Assembly (NCBI GenBank): GCA_002633005.1
Contig: NMRA01000566.1
Location: 230,944 to 273,254 of the forward strand
Direction: 5' to 3'
From: Phoronis australis
Taxonomy: Eukaryota; Animalia; Phoronida
Length of the DNA: 42,311 nucleotides
Under the pieces are notes generated by a model. The model saw only the letters and a list, made by a program, of their open reading frames with translations. It did not search any database and was not told the origin of the DNA. The position numbers and the translations under genes are program-made. This document shows positions 1 to 12,884 of this stretch, piece by piece. Positions within the stretch are counted from its first letter, which is position 1; each line of letters starts with the position of its first letter.

Positions 1-134
1 CATACTCTTGTAGTTGTAGCGACAGCAGACGATAATGTAGGCCTAGTTCTTGGGGTGGTCTATTCCAATAGGAAGCGATGAATCAGCGCGGCTTTGCGTG
101 ATTTTGCATTTCACATCATAAAGAGTTCCATAGC

Positions 135-275
135 AACTCGAGTATGAGTGTCAGATTTGAGTACGTTTGGAGTCTACTCGAAATCCGACATTAGATACGC
201 TTTTTTGAGTACGACTCCAGTGAGCACGATTTTGAGTATGAAATCTCGAGTATGAGTATGAGTCTGAGTACGGAG
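135..275. repeat. GAGTA-rich repeat tract, probably the subterminal region of a DNA transposon
   Basis: Repeated GAGTA(T/C)GAGT units, e.g. ctcgagtatgagtg and ctcgagtatgagtatgagtctgagtac. It abuts and truncates the gag fragment. Confidence 0.4.
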
Positions 276-1000
276 ATTGGAGACCGGGCCCAAGGTTGTT
301 TTGCAAAAGAAACACCTGATTGGTTCTTTGTCTAGGGCGTTGACAGTGAGCGCCCGACAGTCCCTCGTGCTTTGGTTCGTTCTGTTGCAAATTCTGCATC
401 TTTGAAGATGGTATATTTTGTCTGTGTCCGTCGGGCTAATTTCTCTGTTATCTCCCGGTTTTAAATTCATTAGCGTCCATAGGTGTATTTCGTGGAGAGC
501 GACTTTAAGGACGTCCCTGAAAATTGTTGGACCTGAACGTAAGACGTGCTCTATTGATTCTCGCGTCCCGGATCCCATCCACAAAAAAGCCCTATTAATT
601 AGAATGACCAGTGTCGCCTGATCGTCAAATGCTTCGTGCGCCGCCGACAACTGAACAGTCGTTCGCCATACATGTACATTTACACGCTTTCACCGTTTGG
701 TCGTTGCTTAATTGAGTTCAATCGAGCGAATGCCAAACTTCTGTCTGTGATAGGGCAAAACGTAACTTAAGTTCTGCTTTAAACTGCTCATACATGCATT
801 GTGGGTGGACTGTCATATAACGATTAATAAATGCCGAGACTTCAACCCCGATCTTTGATATGCAATTATAATGTGTTTCCTGAGATCCATATTGGGAAAA
901 TTACGGCCATCTTTTCTATAATCTTGCTCACACAGGCTCGAAACCCATGAACATCTAAGAAAACGGGGATGTTTGACGCCAGTGATGTCTCGCTCATGGA
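270..1000 (-). mobile_element. Decayed Ty3/Gypsy LTR-retrotransposon gag fragment
   Basis: Hand translation of the minus strand across frameshifts gives IAYQRSG..VSAFINRYMTVHPQCMYEQFKAELKLRF, AFARLNSIKQRPNGESV, YGERL, GFFVDGIRDARI and EHVLRSGPTIFRDVLKVALHE. It is followed by a degenerate CX2CX4HX4C knuckle (CRICNRTNQSTRDC, H>Q) and a second CFFC. This is a typical invertebrate Gypsy gag layout. Confidence 0.75.
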
Positions 1001-2285
1001 ATTCATCGGTAGGCCTAACATCTTTGGTGAAATTACCAGCAAGTCCTGTTAAAAATTCAACTAAATCTACAGTGGCTTGTTGCTGATGTGCCGTTCTGCT
1101 CAGTGTTCAGACTACATGTATGCTAACTACTACACTACTTAGATATATCATCTCGTTCGCGATAATGTCAGTCTTAAAACTTTAACACCGTGTAGAATCC
1201 GGCTTTAAGGCACAAGAAGGACTCATTACATGTTGCGGCCGACAGAAGGCTCGCACGTGGTCAAAGCCTGACTGTACTGAAAGTACAGCTCTCTCCAGGG
1301 AAAGGAGTCAAACCGCCTTGTTTCTTCAGCGGTCGGGTATGCTGGTAGCCTGGCCTGGTTTCGGCGGTCTGATGGTGTGGTGGCGTGCGGCCTGACTGCC
1401 CATAGAGCTGGCCAGCTTCTTATATACTATTTTAGATATCATCGTGCGATAGACCCATCTGGTGAGATTAAAAACCAGCCATGATCAACTTTTGAAAATT
1501 CAGCCAACAATTTCAAATTCTTGTGTAATATTAGCCAACAATTACACATTCTTGCATAAGGCTTGTGAATTCAACATATGTATGATAAACACTGCCAGGG
1601 CAGGGTGTGACTATATGCACTTAAATGCATTAAAATATTTGGAGGGCATGAGGGCATTATACTACCATATTACTACTGGTGAAGGCACTAACCTACAGTG
1701 CCACTAGCCACCCGTAAGTACCGCACACGTTAACACAGCAAGAGTCACCGTGACACTAGAACTAACCCCCTAGATAAATCGCTAAACTGGTTCAAATTGA
1801 CTAACGGCTGAGACTAAAGCCTATGCTAAAGTGTCTATACCTCGGGCTATGTATTTTCTTTTGTCAGTTTCTCCTTGCGTTCCTGGCCTCTATTTCTTGC
1901 TTTTTAGTTTCGTGGTCTGGTATCGTCGTCTGATGGTCTTGGTATCTTTTTGGCCTGCCTCTCTCATAGAGTTTGGTGATTGAATGAAATAATGTTCGTT
2001 ATCACTCCCCGTGATGAAACTTCTCGTGACGAGCCAAAATTGTACAGATAATTCTTGGGTAACTATTATTGTGATAGATCTGAATAAGAGGATATTACCA
2101 ATGCTATTGTTAATTGCGTAACATTACTAGTGTGACATATGCAAGATATGAGTTGATACCACTGTCCAGCTAGAATATCATCAAATCTTTCAATGGGTTA
2201 GAATTAATCGATTTCATTACAAAACTTCTTTTAAAATATACATAAGTAATGATAAAAATGGCATGGTTTTACGTAACATGCTTAT

Positions 2286-2988
2286 ATTACACTCTGGTCT
2301 CGTCACCGGGCCGGCCCGAGTGTGCGGAATCAGAATATTTCATACATGTACATAAAAGTCATTTCAAAATCCGTTTCTTCTGTTCACATTTTCGATGCCT
2401 GTAAAGGTTTTTCGTGCTTTTCACTGTTCAAAAACCATTACACATAGAAGACGTAATGGTTTTGTTGGAGATGCTGGGTACAACTGAAATTAATTACTTT
2501 TCATTGACGTCAAGTATTATTTATTTATTTATTTATTATAGTGACATAAGGGTGTCGTCTGAACCTCCTGGTAGTCAGCCCAAGTAAAACTGAAAAAGGA
2601 ACTTTATGAATTCTGAACTGCAAATAGAGTGTATTATATGTAATGGGCACGAAGGTTATAACGATCACTAATTGCAAACGTAGACGAAGATTTTGCCATT
2701 GCGCCATTCAAAAACATCGATAGACCCGGCGTTGCTAAGGACATTAAGTTCCGGCGGTGCGACTGATTAAGTGGTGGCGTCGAGCCAATTAAGAGCGCTA
2801 CACTGAAGAAAACGCAATGGTTTTCGAACAGCAAAAAACACAAAAACGGTTACGGACATCAAAATTGTGAGCAGAAGAAACGGACGTTAAATAAAAAGTG
2901 CAAAAATTGATGAAATATTCAGATTCCGCGAATTTGACGGCGGGCACAGCGCTATCGGGCCGGTAGGTGACGAGACCGGACAAGTAAT
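2286..2988. mobile_element. Non-autonomous TIR element (MITE), about 700 bp
   Basis: Imperfect TIRs of about 35 bp: left attacactctggtctcgtcaccgggccggcccga; right, reverse-complemented, attacttgtccggtctcgtcacctaccggcccga. Confidence 0.7.
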
Positions 2989-3753
2989 CCAGCAAGCAAC
3001 ACTAATGTAGCGCATACTGAGCCGTAAGATTTGATTGATAACTCTCTTGAGAAAAACGGATGAAAAGAATGAAGTTATATGTGATTTGTGGCGTTGTGTA
3101 CCTTCGGGTGCTCCCATCCGGAGACCCTCTGGCTGCATGGCTCAATCGTTTACTCTATTATCGTCTTGTTCAAAGGATTAAAATAATTTTTTTTTGTGAG
3201 CCCGGCAGTGTCATTTTGGTGCCACATGAGGTCCTTAAATGATAAAAAGCCCATGATAATAAAATCTACGTGATTTAGAAAAGCCGCATTTGGTAAAACC
3301 GTTCATTATAATACTATAGCAAACATTTAGAAGTCAACCTTACGGTACACTGCCACTCGGTTGGAGGTATTTACTTGACCTGCAAGGTCGTACCGTGTAA
3401 ACGTGGTCGGGTGGCCTACTTGGTCTACGACATCGGGTTTGTTGACAAAGTTTGCCGAGAAACCCCTGATTGTATAAAAATGTACCTCAAGAATCTCGCT
3501 TGATGAACAATAATGACAAAATAAAAATGAAGCAATGGAATTAGACTTGATTTGTTAACTACCGTAGTTATCAACTCTGGAACAAAACTCCAGGAGGCGG
3601 CAGAAATTCTCGGTGCTAACTCTCATGGCTAGTCTCGGGGTCGCAAGCTCCAATAAGAGAATACATGCAGGTCCCGTGCGGGAGTTGGTATTCCAGGGCT
3701 AGAGTTCTATGAGCAGACGAAGTGGGCGGATGCATCCTTCTGCTGCATCTGTA

Positions 3754-4415
3754 GCAGATTGTCACCCACCTTTACAGTTCAACATATTATATAACTTTTG
3801 TAATTACCGATATCTGTAGTAGACCTTTTATCTCATATACACGTGTTTTTTCACTGTAAACTAACTTCGGTATCGCTTCGCAGTTAGCGCTTATAAAAAT
3901 ATTTAAGTATTAAATTACTTTATGTAAGTTATACTGCTTCGTTCTCATTATCATATTGTTTGGATTCTCGGGTTAGTGACCCTCTTTGTTCTACGATTAT
4001 TGGTTTAATTGTACCACGTGATCTCTTTGTCTCGTCGCAACACTGGGCCATCGTCCACAATTCTCTTCAAATTTTAGTTTTCACTCAATTTCTCTTTCCC
4101 TCCCTCCCTCAAACCAATTTCCCTTACTTCCCTGTTCATCCTTACCTTCCCCATGTCGCTGTCCCTGTGTTGCTGTTATGCTTCCGCATATTATTACTTA
4201 ACTTTCTATTCACCACTTATGTATACAGTGTACCTTCATTGCTGCTTGGCAGATTGTCACCCACTTTTAGAGTTCAACATATTATATAACTTTTGTAATT
4301 ACCGATATCTGTAGTAGTTTAGTTTGTCATAATATATATGACCTTTTATCTCATCTACACGTGTTGTTTCACTGTAAACAAGCTTCGGTATCGCTTCGCA
4401 GTTAGCGCATATAAA
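3754..4415 (+). repeat. Pair of ~145-165 bp direct repeats (3754-3897 and 4249-4415) flanking a pyrimidine-rich spacer
   Basis: Both copies run gcagattgtcacccac...aacatattatataacttttgtaattaccgatatctgtagtag...cttcggtatcgcttcgcagttagcgc. Copy 2 carries an extra 23 nt (tttagtttgtcataatatatatg). Confidence 0.9.
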
Positions 4416-4975
4416 TAATAATTGCCACTAGTCTTGCAGGCATTAATTAATGAAATTCCTTCGAAAATCGGCGAGTCAGGTATAGTTCTTTCCCTGCGGT
4501 ACATGTAGTTCGGTGAGCAAAAATAGGTCAAACGATGTCAGCACCCAGTCACGGGATATTACTATGTAAACACTGCTAAGCTGTTGAACCATTATCGAGT
4601 CGATGATGTCATTCCCTGTACATATCCTGATGTAAAACTCTAAAACAAGTGATGGAGTTTTCAATACGTGGCAGCTTGCGAAATCGATTAGTCACATGTG
4701 AGATAGGCCCCTATAAGAGTTGCGTTTAATTAGCAATAGATTCATTCCGCATTATTTCTTGATATCACTTTCACGAGACCTGGGAAAGGTAGGGTAACGT
4801 GGTCTAATCGAAAATCGACAGCTTATGAAATGTTAGCATGTTATGTGAATTTAAAGTGGATCATGGTTGGTCGTCTGATTTGAGTTTGCACTGGGAAGAT
4901 TACATTTACCTTCGATGGGATAACTGAGGCTACCAAAACCCCGAAATCTTCTGAGCGGATAATTTCCATCGACCG

Positions 4976-5012
4976 TATAAATAACAATTACTACAATGTC
5001 CGAATTGTTAGT
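4976..5012 (+). promoter_or_regulatory. Candidate core promoter of the EPDR gene (TATA box plus Inr-like TTAGT)
   Basis: TATAAATA at 4976-4983 and TTAGT at 5008-5012. A GTAAGT donor at 5058 and a ttttccag acceptor directly before the ATG at 5110 would define a 52-nt 5'UTR intron. Confidence 0.4.
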
Positions 5013-5109
5013 AACAATTTACGTGTCGAGGCAACACTATGTGCGATACAATCGATTGTAAGTTCATGTAAAGGGTTCCTGAATTTTTAGATCAACCTTG
5101 CTTTTCCAG

Positions 5110-8100
5110 ATGCTCAAGACAATTGCAATTCTTTTGGTGGCAGCCGTGTCGCTCAAGGCTCAAACCTGCAACATTCCTGCAAAGCAATTTAGCGGCGCAC
5201 ACAGCGTGATTTTTAGCCAGGTTACTGATGGCGGTGCCCAGAGCAGCTTGGTGAGTTTCAATTTCTTGATCAGTCCTTTTTAAACCGGATATGAAATATG
5301 ATGCGCATGTCAAGGAATTAGGTGAAGTTCAATGATAACTGTACCAGGCTACACATGCATCTTCACAATATTAGCAACTGCATCCTATTGCCATTATTCA
5401 AGTCACGAAGATCAGCTTTAAAGATGTTCTGCTGAAGAACTAAAAACAATCATATTTCGGATTCTACAATTCTCCATGTTGACCGCTACTATGGTAATGC
5501 AATTTGAATTTTTGAAAACACTTAAGTATGTGAAGTAAAGCAGAACTAGTTATGATTCGATCCCGAGATCTTCTAGTTCGAAGTTTGCCATTACATGGCT
5601 GGGTTGCGTAAAACTATTTAACCTATCCTCTAGATAAATTAAGATTATCCAGAGTGCCTCTGTTCAACCAAAGGCGTTACTAAAGTCGCTGAAATCCAGC
5701 GCAGCCTCTCATTGGCTCATTCCAAATCATGATTATGACATAACTGCACGGAATATCAAAAACAGGGAATGTTCTTAAAATAAACATGTACCTCGTTTTT
5801 TCGTCTGTGAACCAGCAACGTTCTCAAAATAAATTGTTAATTTTATGTGAAAACAGAAATTTTGCAAATAGGTCATCTTTGCTCTTATGATGTTCCTTAC
5901 ATAGGAAGTGCTGTTCTTAGTAACACGTCACTACCGTGATTTGCGACGATCATTTTCTCCATAACACTCATTATTAAAAACATTTAGCAACTTCGATGGC
6001 AGTTGATTAATTCACATCGTCGCAGTATGCTGTATCTTTGAATAAATAATAACATTAAGATATGTTGGCCTAATTAGCCCGCAAATTTATTTATATGATA
6101 AGCAGATGAAGTTGACGTACTTTCTGAGAGTGAACAAAAGAGAACAAAAGAGAACAACAACTTGTTCTTTGGCGTGTACCAAGACCTTAAACCAGGTTTT
6201 ACTTTGACCTGGTCACGCCCAGGTTCAACACTGTGAAAGGTGGCTGACTCAGACTTGCGGGATATACATGTGCACAACCGTGCTGCCGAAAGACGTCGCG
6301 GGAACGAGAGTAATTAATTGTTTTCAATTATACGACTACAAAGATTTCAAAACCTTACTCCGAATGACAAAACAGACAATGACAGACAACATAATCTTGT
6401 TCCCTATGACATCATTTTTTCTGTAATCAGTTTTGCTAGGAAACATTTTTCCTCAGGATAAACGTTTTCCGACCTGCTGCTACTCATTTTATTGATGACA
6501 GAGCAACCAGGAAATGTATATCTGCAATGATTCTACCAACAACTGTTTGTTGTTATTGATACCCACATGATCACAGTTCCGTTGAAGCACTTCAATAGTC
6601 CTTTGTTTGGTTAATCCAGCCCTACACAGTAGGGTGCGTTGGATACATTAAACCTGGTTTTACTGAACTGCTCCCTGGTCTAACAAAACAAGGGTTTCAG
6701 ACTTTTAAACCAGGTTGATGAAATGGAAAATAGGTCTAAAGCTCGACCAGGTTTAGGAAGACCAGGTTTTAGTCTTAAACCTCGTTTTGTTAAACCACCA
6801 ATAATGAAATCGGTTGCTTATGTTTAAGTGAGTTTCAGAGTAGAGGGTCGTTCTCACTTACAGCGATCATAATCTGGAATAAATCTATTTTCTCACGATG
6901 TGTTCATTACTTTCTCATGAGTTGGAGTTATTTCTAAGCCACGCACTTCTTTTCTCGCTTGTATCACAGCAATTTCCCAGAACATCGTTTTTCTAACAAA
7001 CATTGTTCGTGAAAGAGCAAGTCACCCGATGTAGCTTGCTAACAAACGTGAATCAAACACTGTTTTCTACTCTTTCAGATAGATGGCACCATGTCCTTCG
7101 ACATGGATAAGATGCTTCAAGGTGGATCACAAACGTTAAGTATGGGCACTATCTCATTCAAACAGAGGTTTCTTTCTGATTTAAAAAAGGTAAATATAAA
7201 AAAACGTCTTCCTTTGGCATTTCGTATCCTTATCAATTGAAATTGAGCGAATCATGAATCTTTCTGCTAGTGAAAGAACACAATGACTTTTTGGTACGGC
7301 CTGCCATATCAATCGATTTCGTAATCTGCTGCCAGTGTGTTGCCACAATGATCAACTCTAAAGCATACATTAGTAACCAAAAATTACGCTTTAGAAAATC
7401 GAAGTGAAGCCCCATTGTGGTAGTTTCACTCAGTATCTCTTCAGAAGCGTTGTCAGTGAAAATATTTTTTTAAAAATAGTTTCACGCAATTTAGTTTTTA
7501 CTTACTTCAGACATTCAACGAATGATCGCTACATGTATGTTTCAAAGCTTCTCTTGGAAGCCGCTAAGATACTCTTTCCTAATCACTAATTTAGATCACG
7601 TTATGACTTTCGTCAGGCGACAGATGTCGGTAAATCGTACTAACGTTCAGTCCAATTGCGTTTGCCTTATGACGTTACTATTAATTTAAAAAATACATCG
7701 AAGTGGGTGGAGTTTCCACTGAAATCTCGTCACATCCGGCGGCAGTAGAATGAGTAACTATGCACCTGTCAGCTGTCACTCACTAACGTTGCCGTTTTAG
7801 TTGGAGGTGAAGCAATAAACATAGAAATTAAACTGTAAAAATGATATTAATTCAGTTAAGTTTGAACATATTAGGATTTGTGCGAAGAAATGAAATTCGT
7901 GGTGTGTCATTTTTATTAAAATGTATACCGGGCTATGTACCGTTTGCAAAAAGATGTCGGATACCCGAAGGTAATCGATTATACATTTGGCTAGGGTACA
8001 GCTGTAGAATACCACACTACCAATCCATTGTCAAAGAAAAACACTTTTTAGCACACATTTATAATTGCCACCGTTTTGTAGTGATTCTTGGGCAGGTATT

Positions 8101-11100
8101 TTTAACCTGTGAATCTGAAACAATACAGAAATTCCGTGTTTTTAAAGAGGAGCACATCATTCTTTGGTGTGTTTTAAAGTTTCGTTTGATATAATATTTA
8201 AAAACCCATTTGTAGGTTTTTGTAGGTGAGAGAAGAGAGAGGAACGTTTTGTATTGACGATTTTCGAATTCTCAGAGTTAATTTCGTGGGAAAAAATCTT
8301 TACATAGGGAAACTGGACGCGAAAAAGTCACCATATGAGCGGATCGACATCCGGGTAGGCTAAACCTCTCGTAGGGCGATATCCCCCGAAACCGCTATTC
8401 TACTATTTTAATGTGCAAGTGAATGCGTTTTTTATCCTATAGATGTCACTAGTGTTGGCGTTGCGCCCTTATACTGCAATCCATGTATTACGAAAACGAA
8501 GTCTAAGTGCAAGCTCACTGGTCCAGTTGCAAACTGCATACAGTACATGTACATGTACATGTATGGATAGCGCCTCTACCGCTTGAAAGGTGCTCTGTGG
8601 TTTATGTCGGTAGAGTTTGATACCTAGTACCTCGCGAAAAAAGCACAGATAAGGATTGCCGTGTATTTTCAACGAGAGTATGTGATTTTGCCTTTGTCCC
8701 CGCGAACTTTACCCTGTCGTTTGGTCATGTCTGGTCAAACGTACAAAATAATGTCCCAAGAAAGTTTTGTCCTTTGAAATAGTGCTCGGTCTCCCTCACG
8801 ACATCCCAAATATTCCAAAGTACGATACCGATAAAGAAATTTATATGGTAGCCTACACCCGAAGAAGATCCAGTACTTGAAATCATTATGTCTTCTATAA
8901 CGTACAGTTGTATAAGAGTTCTGTGCAGCATTGCATAGCGCAACGCGTCCTATGGAAAACAGCTGAGAAATGTACCAAACTCAATGTTGGTACGCGTTCT
9001 TGGATTGAAGATTTCCCTGTGATGGACAACACGATGAAGCTAGAAAACGTAGTTCGGTCATTTGACAAAAATATGATAACTTGTAACTTTGTCTTTAAGC
9101 CTGTTCCTGCATATCTTTTTAATTGACCACGGTTCTTTTTATTTTCAGCAAATAACCTACACCGTAACCAATGGAACGTGCTACAAAACCCCTCTTCCAG
9201 CGTACGAAAACCCATCCAGTAAGAAGGAGATTGGTCTTATTCTTTTCAAGTTTAGAGTTAACATTTTAGCGTCATATATTTAATCGAGATAACAATTGAT
9301 TTTATCAGTATTGAAAACCACCATTCTCTTGCTGGTCTCATTCTTTTTAACCTGTTTCAGGTCTGAACTATTGCGGTACGTTCATCATGGGTTCTACGGT
9401 GACCGATTGCTTAGCGCTATCAATTCCACCTTCAGAGGCCTACAACGGCACAACGCAGATGCATATGACTCTTGACACCAAAACTTGCATCCCTACGACG
9501 ACAGTAACTACTGGAGACATGTCGATTGGTAAGCCATTAGTTTGGGGAAATTGCATACATGTATCATCGGTTCGGTCCGTCACTGTTCAATTGCCTATTA
9601 GTAGGCTTATTTATGACCTAAGCAACACGTTAACAACTTTTGGCCCTACCACCCCTGATAGTGGACAAATCATTTAGTCTGAAAAATCAAACAATTCATC
9701 GTGAAATTCGTTGTCAAATAAAAAAGATCGAGTACAGTATGAAGTCTATCACCGGAATTTAGAGTGTGCCTGTAGATTTATCACTCCTCAATACCATGCA
9801 TGTCCAGCCAGATACGACTGCATCTTTGCATCCCCTAATCTCCTAATTCGAACTCGTATTTAGACATCTTCTGCTGAGCCAAATACGAACTCAAGAAGTT
9901 TCAGCTATTCTGCTTTCGAGGAAAAATCAGCATGGTTTAAAGAGGCATGGAAAGCGAAAGTTCCTAAAATATGTCTTTTAAAAATTCCTGACGATAATAC
10001 CATCTCGTAACGTCTTGTACAAAGTAATTCGCTTTTCCCTGTGACAAAATTTCCAGAAAAATCACAAAATTCACGAATTTTGAAATACGCGTGAAGGAAA
10101 TACTCTGTGGTTACCACAGAGTTTCTGATCGCACTTACACTTAATAATATGATAAGTGCGCGCATGCGCTCACAGTCAGTTGTTTGAAGTCGCTTAAGGT
10201 TAAATGTCACAACTTTCATATAAAAGAAATGTGCAACGCCAATATCTTGCCATAGCAATTAAGGAAATCTGCTTTGGCTTTTGGGAGAAAAATCGACGAA
10301 GTGGCGAGCAGTTGACAGGTCGTCTTTTGAAATTTGAAACTAAAAGAAAATGCTTTGATATGAACTGAAATTAAAAATATTTACGAAGAAACCTTAAAAA
10401 TACCTAGTGAGTAGGTCGAATTCTGTTTCAGTCGCAGAGAACCGCTTTCAATATTTGGAACATGTATTTAGTCTGTTTATCGCGTTCCAGGCCTCTTTAA
10501 GACTATGATTTACGATCTCAGCATTAAAGTTTAAATCTGAACTCCAGTGAAATCTCAAATTGAACTCCAAATTGTAGCTCGAATTTGGGAACACCGAGCT
10601 CTAACTTGCATGAAACACTCATCTTCAAAAACGCTACTCATATACTTGAGCACAGAATGAGACACGTACATGTACGTATTTAGTACTTAAAATGTAAATT
10701 AAGATTACGTCGGACCTCATCGTCTAGTATATACCCAAGTATCTACAAAAACAAAACTGTAATGGATTTCAAATCAGTAAAGGTAGATATTGTCTGAAAT
10801 TAGAAAGCCAGTAGTATTTGGTGTTTGACTTTATACCAATGTGTCATTAATTGAGTCACATGACCGTGTTCTTTCAGTAAACCTAGCAAGAAAACATAGG
10901 TACATCCATAGCAAAACCACGGTATCAGATCACACGACTAAATTTAGTTTGATACAGTTGTTTAAAATGAAATCTCAAAACCCTCTTTTAGTTTTCTGAA
11001 TTAGAATTTCGTTTTCGTTTGAGTATTCTCATCCAAATCATATTTCAGTTTTATACATGTAGCAATAATACAAAAATGCAACATTAAAGAAATCCTATAA

Positions 11101-11302
11101 ACCCTGATGATATCTGTTGGACATGCTGAGCATCGGTATAGATCAGCTAAAAAGCAACCATTGTTAGATTATCTACAGCCTATCGCTGTTGTATATTTCA
11201 GGCGATAAAACCGCTTACATCATGGCTTCCGTTATGTACCTCAACACCACTCTTGGTATTCCGGACCTAAGCGTGTTGGAGATTCCACCCGAGTGCAAAT
11301 AG
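5110..11302 (+). CDS. Ependymin-related protein (EPDR), secreted, 196 aa; coding exons 5110-5250, 7079-7189, 9149-9218, 9361-9528, 11202-11302
   Basis: All introns are GT-AG with compatible phases (0,0,1,1), giving a 591-nt open frame. Signal peptide MLKTIAILLVAAVSLKA, then QTCNIPAKQFSG, MSFDMDK, FLSDLKKQITYTVTNGTCYKTPL, KTCIP, and the ependymin-type C-terminus YLNTTLGIPDLSVLEIPPECK*. N-glycosylation sequons at N92, N136 and N178. Confidence 0.9.
6170..6800. mobile_element. Probable PIF/Harbinger-type non-autonomous element in EPDR intron 1
   Basis: Clusters of the near-palindromic AAACC(A/T)GGTT motif at both ends (6189-6225 and 6650-6790). The right end reverse-complements to GGTGGTTTAACAAAACGAGGTTTAAG. 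Superfamily is inferred. Confidence 0.4.
9941..10496. mobile_element. Kolobok-type MITE in EPDR intron 4
   Basis: TTAA on both sides (9937-9940, 10497-10500). 17-bp TIRs AGAGGCATGGAAAGCGA versus rc AGAGGCCTGGAACGCGA (15/17), with purine-purine termini. Confidence 0.8.
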
Positions 11303-12432
11303 CCGTAAGTTTTCAGAATCCCGGCAGTTTAATCAAATGTCAAGGCGGTCGTGGACACTGTACTCCAAATTTGACGGTGAATATAAAAGAGCCCCTAACG
11401 TTGTAACTGACATAAAGTTGAATGTTTTTTCTAGTCGGATTCAGACTTCACTAGAGTCACGTTAATGGACTGTGTGCCATAAGACCGGCCTTACGACCTT
11501 TGAAAGAACGGGCCCCAGCTGAATAAGCACTTCGTTGTCCTGGGCTGCGTTTCGAAGGGGCAAAAAAATTTCGAAAACGCAATGGCCTACAAGCGAACTA
11601 CGTGATCACCACATCTTTTCTCATGAGTATGACTACGGCACTACTCCTGTCCATCGAGAAACTCCTGTCGCTCTTTAAGTTTTACTACTCTTTTACCTTC
11701 CAGGAAGTTCCTTTCAGAAGTGTTGTTGTAGTGCATCGCTAATTGATATGAAACGGGCTTATGTCACAGCGCCATCTGTACAACAGACTGGTCCTGTAAA
11801 ACAAGGATGGCGAACAGACAGAACTCCGTGCGAGAGAATCTTTTACTTGAATGTTTTCCTTGTCGTATACATGTAGTTGTAGTGCAACAATGATCCGGAA
11901 AGTATAGCGAATAGCTTTGTTGTTTTATTTGACGTGTTGTCAATGTCAGTAATTTTCCCGAGTCAAAAAACACGAACTCGTGAAGAATGCATCGATTTAT
12001 TCCGACCCAAACCCGTTCTTGTGGTTGCAGCAACCACAAGCCACCGTAGAGGTATTTCTCGTTAGAAACTATTATACTTATATATTCCTCAACATCAGCC
12101 AATCGCAAGATTTGACTTTTGTTCAATAATCGAAATGTCTAGTAAAAGAAACTTCGTTTATGTTTTAATCTACGAAGACTCGCGTTGTACGATATTTTCA
12201 CTATGCATCGGAAAGAGCATTTAACCATGCGCGTCATATGCGTAGTGGTTTGAGCACAAAATTGCCATACAGTTGGTCAATTTGCGAGTAAAATTTCGAG
12301 TACAGAAATAACACCCGGATCCAAATCGAGCGTGTGGCAGCTGATAACATCACTTGAAGAAGCCATCATTCAGTCAAAATGAATGACACCGCTACTTAAC
12401 GACACCCCGACTAATATCTTTTTCCATTGCAG

Positions 12433-12640
12433 GTTTCACAGAATCTTTCCAAGGACGGCCAAGATGTCAGTAATCTATCAGAAATTGACTTATCAATGTA
12501 CTTACGCACGTAACCTGTATATCGCAAGTTAAACAATATCTTGCGACCTCCACACGACATCATTTAGCATGGGCAGCCACAGAATAATCAAGAATTGTTT
12601 AATCATATCAATGAAATAAAATTCATCAATTTTGCCACCC
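12433..12640 (+). other. Candidate non-coding 3'UTR exon of the EPDR gene with polyA signal
   Basis: GTAAGT donor at 11305, 2 nt after the stop. Acceptor ctaatatctttttccattgcag ends at 12432. AATAAA at 12615-12620. Confidence 0.55.
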
Positions 12641-12884
12641 GAGAAGTTTTCTTATAAAATCACCATCATACACTACACATTTCTCTTAGCATTATGTCTA
12701 CAAACAGTCGAACGCAGTTGCATTACTCCGTCCTCTCCCTCTGATCGCTTTCGAACCGCGTCGCATGCCTCTCTATTAGCTGGGCCACCGAACTGCTTCG
12801 AGGAAATTCATAAAATTTGGCAAAGTTCCAATAAAGGGACATTATCGGTGATACCGCAGAAACGTTTTTGTAGGGATTAATCTT

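Noticed and set aside
1230-1420. GC-rich stretch with CTGAAGA on the minus strand, considered as a Penelope-type hammerhead ribozyme
   Set aside because: I could not find the GAAA core segment or consistent flanking helices.
7841-8194. 117-aa ORF inside EPDR intron 2
   Set aside because: It has no recognisable motif and AT-rich random-like composition, and the EPDR frame is complete without it.
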